DNA of 64,000 nucleotides. Source: a virus. The DNA is taken from positions 64,001-128,000 of the IMG/VR virus record IMGVR_UViG_3300005681_000033; one strand, written 5' to 3'. Position 1 is the first letter of the stretch. Every line of letters begins with the position of its first letter. The position numbers and the translations under genes are program-made. Of the stretch, positions 58,347 through 64,000 are shown piece after piece. The notes under the pieces are model-generated. The model saw nothing but the letters and a program-made list of their open reading frames with translations. It did not search any database and was not told the origin of the DNA.

Positions 58347-59396
58347 ATGAGTAAAAATAAATGGATGAAAGAATTGAATCGAATGGAAGGTGCGGTTGAC
58401 CGTGAGTACAACCCATACCTTCTAGAAAATACAATTCAGACTGTTTCTCCAAGCTTAAATTGGACTTTCAGCAAGTCTGCTGGACTTTCTTTTATGGAAT
58501 TCCTGCTTCTTTGGGGTCAACCTAAAGCTGGTAAGTCAATTGTGTCAGATGCCTTTGTATCAGCCCTTCACGCGAAGGATAAGGATGCAATGGCTATGAA
58601 GTTTGACACAGAAATGCGTGAAATGGGTCACAAAGAGCCTTTTTGGAATATTGACGAAGAACGCTATCCAGTGTTTAATGCCAATGAACCACAATTGATT
58701 TTTGACCGTTTGACTAAGGATGTATTTCCTATGGTTGAGGAGGGTATGCCTTTAAAATTAGTTATTATTGACTCCCTACAGGGTATTCAGGGTGTTAAGG
58801 CTGCAAATGCCGACTCAGTGACAGATCATCAAATGGGTGACCATGCCATGACAATCCAAAAGGGTTTGATGGCTATCTCTCCATTCCTTCGACGTCACAA
58901 GATCGCTTTGATCGCAACAGCTCATGTCCGAGGCAACTTAGACGCTGGTATGTATGGACCTAAAGAGAAAATGGCCGGTGGATGGCACCAAAAGCATAGT
59001 TTTGAGTATTACATGAAGGTTTCACGTGACAATTCAGCTGATGGTAAAAAAGATGCTCTTGGAAATGCTTTAGAAACAGACACCAAAGATTTTAAAGACA
59101 AAGCAGAGAGAACGGGCCATAAAATCTATGTTGAGATGACAGAATCTTCTCGCGGAGTTGCTGGACGCTCTGGACAGTTCACATTCGACTACAATAAGGG
59201 TATTGTGAACACAGAAGAAGAAATCTTAAAACTTTCTGTTAATATGGGTTTTATTGAACGACCAAATAATGTGACTTACATCATGGGTGATAAAAACTTC
59301 AAGGGCAAGGAAGCCGTTTTAACTGAAATTCGCGATAATAAAGCTTTGCAAAAGAACCTTTTAGAAAGGATTTACGGCCAAGCCAAAGGTGAATAG
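58347..59396 (+). CDS. RecA/UvsX recombinase
   Basis: GQPKAGKS, FDTE, VIIDS, MAGG. Confidence 0.88.
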   Translation: MSKNKWMKELNRMEGAVDREYNPYLLENTIQTVSPSLNWTFSKSAGLSFMEFLLLWGQPKAGKSIVSDAFVSALHAKDKDAMAMKFDTEMREMGHKEPFWNIDEERYPVFNANEPQLIFDRLTKDVFPMVEEGMPLKLVIIDSLQGIQGVKAANADSVTDHQMGDHAMTIQKGLMAISPFLRRHKIALIATAHVRGNLDAGMYGPKEKMAGGWHQKHSFEYYMKVSRDNSADGKKDALGNALETDTKDFKDKAERTGHKIYVEMTESSRGVAGRSGQFTFDYNKGIVNTEEEILKLSVNMGFIERPNNVTYIMGDKNFKGKEAVLTEIRDNKALQKNLLERIYGQAKGE

Positions 59397-59623
59397 TGAA
59401 AGAAGATCTGCAACAGGCCATTCGAGACCTATTCTTTATGATTCTGGTTGAAATGGTCTGCACACCCCTTGGATTGTATACATGGATTATTTTTGGTTTT
59501 CATTTAATCCATGTGGTAATTTTAGTAGCTTATGTGGCAGCCGTGGTACGTTTATTCAGTGCTGCCAATATTATTGTTAAATATGTAAGACTTGTAAATA
59601 GCGAGAAAGACATGAGAAAATAA
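59396..59623 (+). CDS. Small membrane protein
   Basis: Two hydrophobic stretches. Confidence 0.5.
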   Translation: MKEDLQQAIRDLFFMILVEMVCTPLGLYTWIIFGFHLIHVVILVAYVAAVVRLFSAANIIVKYVRLVNSEKDMRK

Positions 59624-59660
59624 CTTAGTTCTCAAAGTGAGATTGTGTTTAAATAATTAT

Positions 59661-59688
59661 TTGACTTCCGGTGAAGTTGTGTTATTCT
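59661..59688 (+). promoter_or_regulatory. Sigma70-type promoter TTGACT-N16-TATTCT
   Basis: Upstream of RBS AGGAGG and the DUF932 gene. Confidence 0.6.
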
Positions 59689-59722
59689 ATTATCACAACA
59701 ACAAATTACCTAGGAGGGTAAG

Positions 59723-60682
59723 ATGGCTCATGAAGTAGAACAAATGTTATTTGTAGGCGAAGCACCTTGGCACAAACTTGGTCGCAGATTTGAAATGCCA
59801 CCTTCATTAGAAGAAGCTTTGGTTGCTGCTGGTCTTGACTGGAAAGTTACAACAGAACCTTTATTTTCAGCTGCTCAAGAAGAAGTTGACGCTCTTTTAA
59901 CACGTCGCTCTTCAGATAATAGTATCCTTGGCGTTGTAGGTCCTAATTACACTCCCCTACAAAACACAGAAGCTTTTGAATTTTTCCGTCCATTCCTTGA
60001 TGAAAAAGCTGCTGCTATCGAAACAGCTGGTTCATTAAGACATGGAAAAAGAGTTTGGATTTTGGCTAAAATTAACCGTGACCCAATGGTTATTAAAGGA
60101 AATGACGTTGTTGATAAATACGTTCTTCTTTCAAATAGCCATGATGGTACACTAGCAGTTCGTGTAGGTTTCACACCTATCCGTGTTGTATGTAACAATA
60201 CACTTTCTATGTCTTTGACTTCTAAAGCTTCTCAATTGATTCGTGTTAAACACACTAAAAATGTGGTTCAGAATCTTGAGAATATCCAAGAAATCATGAA
60301 CATGGCTGATGCTGAGTTCCAAGCAACTGCTGAACAGTATCGTTTTTTAACTTCAAAAGAAATTAACCATAAAGATCTTGAGAAGTATGTTAAGATTGTA
60401 TTCAACACCACTGCTAAGCTTGCTGAAGTCAATGGTGACCTGTCAAGTTTAAGCAACAAAAGAATCCTTGAGTCAGTTATCCCATTGTTCGAAAAAGGAC
60501 GTGGAAATGACATGAAAGAGATTCGTGGTACTTACTGGGCAGCCTATAACGCTGTTAATGAGTATCTTCAATACGAAAGAGGTGAAGAAAACTCTACTCG
60601 TATGGACAGTATGTGGTTTGGCGACAGTGCTGCCAAAAACAAGAAAGCATTAGACACAGCCCTAATCTTGGCGGCTGCTTAA
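59723..60682 (+). CDS. DUF932 family protein
   Basis: PWHKLG, AGLDW, Y.PLQN.EAF, ETAGSL..GKRVW, NSHDG, TPIRVVCNNT. Confidence 0.9.
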   Translation: MAHEVEQMLFVGEAPWHKLGRRFEMPPSLEEALVAAGLDWKVTTEPLFSAAQEEVDALLTRRSSDNSILGVVGPNYTPLQNTEAFEFFRPFLDEKAAAIETAGSLRHGKRVWILAKINRDPMVIKGNDVVDKYVLLSNSHDGTLAVRVGFTPIRVVCNNTLSMSLTSKASQLIRVKHTKNVVQNLENIQEIMNMADAEFQATAEQYRFLTSKEINHKDLEKYVKIVFNTTAKLAEVNGDLSSLSNKRILESVIPLFEKGRGNDMKEIRGTYWAAYNAVNEYLQYERGEENSTRMDSMWFGDSAAKNKKALDTALILAAA

Positions 60683-60695
60683 TTAACCCCCCATG

Positions 60696-60735
60696 GGTCC
60701 GGCTACCCCCCCCTTAAAGCCGGACCCTCCTTTTT
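60696..60735 (+). terminator. Rho-independent terminator
   Basis: GGGTCCGGCT...AGCCGGACCC followed by a T run. Confidence 0.75.
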
Positions 60736-60744
60736 GGAGGATTT

Positions 60745-61014
60745 ATGAAATGGCTTATTTTGACACTCTTATCTCTTCAAGCAAATGCCCAAGCTTCCAT
60801 TCCCAAACAAAACGATCGCCTAATTAAATTTATTAAAACTGAGTGTGATTTTCTCAATACGAGAATTTCATTTGACAAACGTATGGATTGTGTGACAGAC
60901 TATCTTAACTGCGCTATTGTTGGTTCCGGTGATGTAGACCTGGACCAAATGTTAAGCAAAGAATGCTTGAAAGCAGCAGCTAAAAGGAGAGAAAATGCAC
61001 AACTTCAAGACTAA
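60745..61014 (+). CDS. Small secreted hypothetical protein
   Basis: Signal peptide MKWLILTLLSLQANA; four Cys. Confidence 0.6.
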   Translation: MKWLILTLLSLQANAQASIPKQNDRLIKFIKTECDFLNTRISFDKRMDCVTDYLNCAIVGSGDVDLDQMLSKECLKAAAKRRENAQLQD

Positions 61015-61312
61015 AGTAAACTTAGAACTTTACATAGAAAATCTTAACAACTACGACCTTGTAACAAAAGAAGTAGAAGTTAATTGGAATTTGGAATTTG
61101 AAATGCGTGATTCTGGTGTTAAAAGCTTTATCATCACAGTTCCAGAACAAAAAATCAACGTAGATATTAATGTTTGGGGTGAGCAAGAAGATGAACAAAA
61201 AACATTGACTTTCAAACTGGACAATGTTAAGATCGAAAAGAATGAAGGTCGTGAAATGATCATCCCCTCTTCTTTAGAGTTTTTTAAAGAGAAATGGACA
61301 TTGGTGTTTTAA
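60995..61312 (+). CDS. Hypothetical protein
   Basis: RBS AAGGAG. Confidence 0.6.
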   Translation: MHNFKTKVNLELYIENLNNYDLVTKEVEVNWNLEFEMRDSGVKSFIITVPEQKINVDINVWGEQEDEQKTLTFKLDNVKIEKNEGREMIIPSSLEFFKEKWTLVF

Positions 61313-61671
61313 TGAGTGCTGATTTTGAAACCAAATACGCTGAAGTAACCATCAACACTGACGACGCACACAGCGAATACAATGGCTATATCGCTGTCAG
61401 ATTTAATCCAGATGGTGCCAAATATCAATTCTTTGCAGAAGCTTACTATATTTCTATCTCTAACGATATTATTTCCTTGTTAAATCGAGAAGATATGAAT
61501 GAATACCATCCACAAGTTAATTTTCCTAAAACATACAACTCACAAAATGTTAGATTTGATGATTGGACTATCAGTGTTGAATTGGCTAGTATCAAAGATA
61601 CCATCTTTGGCCCTGACATTGTTCAAATTGTTAAGAAATACGAAAAAGAATATGATGCAAAAGTAGGTTGA
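61312..61671 (+). CDS. Hypothetical protein
   Basis: Coupled ORF. Confidence 0.55.
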   Translation: MSADFETKYAEVTINTDDAHSEYNGYIAVRFNPDGAKYQFFAEAYYISISNDIISLLNREDMNEYHPQVNFPKTYNSQNVRFDDWTISVELASIKDTIFGPDIVQIVKKYEKEYDAKVG

Positions 61672-62493
61672 ATGAAAAAAGGTGATTCTCTTGGCGACCG
61701 CATGAAAGAACAGTACGAAAACCGTACTCGTTACAATCTACCGCGTCGAACATATACAATTATTAGAGTTGACGGTAAGGCATTTCATACTTTCACGAAA
61801 GGTTTTGACAAGCCATTTGATAAAGATCTTATGGACGTCATGGATTTGGTTGCAAAGACACTTTGTGAAGAAATCCAAGGTGCAAGAATGGCTTATGTCC
61901 AGTCAGATGAAATCTCGATTTTATTAACCGACTTTGAAACCCCACAGACGGAAGCTTGGTTCAATGGAAATCTTCAAAAAATGGTGTCTATCTCTGCAGC
62001 CATTGCAACGGCTAAATTCAATGACTGTATTGTTGATGAAGTAATGTTTAAAAAGAATGCTAAGTTTCACAAGCCAGATCTTGCCTTGTTTGACTCTCGT
62101 GTTTTCACTATTTCTGACCCTATCGAAGTGGAAAATTATTTTATTTGGCGTCAACAAGACGCTACTAGAAACAGCATCCAGATGGCAGCAAGGGCTTTGT
62201 ACAGCCATAAACAATGTGACAACAAAAACACTTCCGAACTACAAGAAATGTGTTTTCAAAAAGGTGTTAATTGGAATGATTACTCAGCTCGTGAAAAACG
62301 CGGTGGATGGGTAATTAAAAAATCAACTGGTGTTGTGGTCGATACAGACCCACCAATTAAAGTTAGGGGATGGTTAGTGGAAGGATCACCCTTATTTACA
62401 GCAGAACGTAAACTTTTGAGGGCTCAAATCCCTCGAATTCTCACAGAGGAAGTGGAAAATGGCAAATCAGAAGACGAAAAAACCGAATTTTAA
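61672..62493 (+). CDS. tRNA(His) guanylyltransferase Thg1-like protein
   Basis: RVDGKAFHTFT, YVQSDEIS, FDSR, WRQQDA.RNS. Confidence 0.93.
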   Translation: MKKGDSLGDRMKEQYENRTRYNLPRRTYTIIRVDGKAFHTFTKGFDKPFDKDLMDVMDLVAKTLCEEIQGARMAYVQSDEISILLTDFETPQTEAWFNGNLQKMVSISAAIATAKFNDCIVDEVMFKKNAKFHKPDLALFDSRVFTISDPIEVENYFIWRQQDATRNSIQMAARALYSHKQCDNKNTSELQEMCFQKGVNWNDYSAREKRGGWVIKKSTGVVVDTDPPIKVRGWLVEGSPLFTAERKLLRAQIPRILTEEVENGKSEDEKTEF

Positions 62494-63361
62494 GGATGAT
62501 TTTGAACTCCTTTATCTAAGACATGAATACATGGATACCATCAACAAGGCTTCTAAGAAATTAGACCCCAGTATGGTTGCCAAATATGCTGGAATTGTAA
62601 ACACAACAGCTAAAATTATGTATTCGAAGTTCAAACACAACTTTGTACAAGTTGGTTTTGATGTCTATGACGTAATTGCAGTCACAAATCTATACATGCT
62701 TTATTACATGAGCTTATATAGCATGAAAAATAATCCAGAATTCATGGAAAGAATGCTTAGCAAACGAACCAAGGCTACCCCGGAAAGTGAAGTGGAGAGA
62801 ATTGAGAGAAATCATTTAATTAGCTTCCTTAGACAGAGATTGCAACAATTTTCTGTTGTTTGTAGTCGTAAGGCTCGAAATATCACCGTTGATAGCGAAA
62901 AACGTGCCTTTTTTGCAGCCACTGAAAATAGTCGCGATGTTGCCAAAGAGCTTGTATTTGAAAATCCTAAGAAGTATGACTATAGACGCCTAACCACCAA
63001 AGAATTCAAGGAAGCTAGGTTGCGTGCTCGTATGGCTCAAACTACGGAGTTAACTGACCAATATGGTTTTAAAATTATTAAAATGGAAAAAGCCAACCTT
63101 GGAATCAGCGAATATGACTATCAACTTTTAACTGAGGAAAACCAGGGTGAGTTTTATCTAACTCCTGAAAAAAGCCTGGAAAAACAAGAAGATGATGATC
63201 GATTTGAAAACATCAAATTTCAATTTAACAGTTTAAATCAGGATGAAAAGAGACAAGTTCTTTTAAATTTTATCCAAGACGCAGAAAGAGACAAGCATTT
63301 AAAGTCTGAAATTAAGCTTGCAAAACAGATTTTGGAACAAGATTGTGGTATTATGCTATAG
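62459..63361 (+). CDS. Possible divergent sigma-like transcription factor
   Basis: YAGIVNTTAK...GFDVYDV loosely resembles sigma region 2; SLNQDEKRQVL near the C-terminus. Confidence 0.35.
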   Translation: MANQKTKKPNFKDDFELLYLRHEYMDTINKASKKLDPSMVAKYAGIVNTTAKIMYSKFKHNFVQVGFDVYDVIAVTNLYMLYYMSLYSMKNNPEFMERMLSKRTKATPESEVERIERNHLISFLRQRLQQFSVVCSRKARNITVDSEKRAFFAATENSRDVAKELVFENPKKYDYRRLTTKEFKEARLRARMAQTTELTDQYGFKIIKMEKANLGISEYDYQLLTEENQGEFYLTPEKSLEKQEDDDRFENIKFQFNSLNQDEKRQVLLNFIQDAERDKHLKSEIKLAKQILEQDCGIML

Positions 63362-63844
63362 ATGGACTACACTTCAATTCTTCAACAATTTAAGAAAGAC
63401 AGGGTAAGGGCTGGAGAACACATGACCCTCAGTCTATTGCCGTTTTTATTTCTTGAATTGGAGAAAGTCGGATTTACCCAGGAAAGTTTAAATACAGATT
63501 TTTACAAAAATGCTATTTCTATACTTTTTGAAGGCGAATCGGCAAGTGTACATTCGTATGTGTTGGAAGATATGTTTGCGTATGCAGAAAGACTTCCGAT
63601 TAAAAAACAAGAAATCGAACAGAAAAAAGAAGAACCCAGGAAACAGCAACCAACAGCAACATTTACAGGGCAAATTATTACTACAGAACATTTAGTGAAT
63701 AATATTCCAGACGAATCCGAAGAGGACGATGGTCTTTCTACTCCCATTGAAGATGTTATTAATTTAAACCCTGAAGATTTTGCTGATTACGAAATGGATT
63801 GGGATTTTGCTGAATCTGTAGGACTGCAAAGGCCGAAAAAATGA
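63362..63844 (+). CDS. Hypothetical protein with acidic tail
   Basis: ATG 7 nt after TGTGG-TATTAT. Confidence 0.6.
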   Translation: MDYTSILQQFKKDRVRAGEHMTLSLLPFLFLELEKVGFTQESLNTDFYKNAISILFEGESASVHSYVLEDMFAYAERLPIKKQEIEQKKEEPRKQQPTATFTGQIITTEHLVNNIPDESEEDDGLSTPIEDVINLNPEDFADYEMDWDFAESVGLQRPKK

Positions 63845-64000
63845 GTAAACAGGACGTTTCACAGATCTTAGGACCTGAGGTAATCGCAGACCTCAATAAA
63901 AAGAAGTCAGAACTTGAAAAAGCTCGTATTGAAACGCAACACGAACAGCTTCAAGAGCAACGTAGAGAATTGGAAATGCTTTCGTCATTTGACTTAAGCA
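63841..64000 (+). CDS. Partial CDS running off the window
   Basis: ATGA overlap; MSKQDVSQILGPEV... open to the end. Confidence 0.6.
   Translation, partial: MSKQDVSQILGPEVIADLNKKKSELEKARIETQHEQLQEQRRELEMLSSFDLS

Noticed and set aside
22030-58400. Active inteins or group I introns in terminase, NrdA/B or DnaE
   Set aside because: Normal lengths, uninterrupted frames, no splice-junction motifs.
1-64000. Stop-codon reassignment
   Set aside because: Standard code gives dense, full-length genes, and TAA, TAG and TGA all end genes.
1-64000. CRISPR array, tRNA/rRNA genes, integrase
   Set aside because: No regularly spaced repeats, cloverleafs or recombinase motifs recognised by eye; intergenic gaps are short. 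tRNAscan was not run.

Overview
A 64-kb, low-GC, standard-code fragment of a large lytic tailed dsDNA phage. No integrase, rRNA, tRNA or CRISPR array was recognised. About 1-28.7 kb holds a rearranged SPO1/Twort(Herelleviridae)-like head module: a prohead protease transcribed divergently from scaffold and major capsid, plus terminase, portal, MuF and neck proteins, interleaved with GroEL, an AAA ATPase, a Nudix hydrolase and HNH endonucleases. About 28.9-64 kb holds replication, recombination and nucleotide genes: SF2 helicases, a sigma factor, GroES-like, dCMP deaminase, SbcCD-like, NrdAB, DnaQ-like, DnaE, SSB, UvsY-like, RecA and Thg1. The main finding is a candidate capsid-packaged, protease-processed effector system. 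A hydrophobic-x-K-[S/A/G] motif recurs in the scaffold, the capsid N-terminus and the protease tail. The same motif falls at most domain junctions of a 1314-aa polyprotein (SAM-lyase-like, ART-like, metallopeptidase-like, two R-S-E ADP-ribosyltransferases, transglycosylase). The same late cluster carries an mCpol-like nucleotidyl cyclase gene that the ORF track missed. Two promoter classes are visible: RCAATCTTT before late genes, and T[G/A]TGG plus a -10 hexamer before middle genes, several apparently leaderless. All protein calls come from reading motifs by eye, without database searches.
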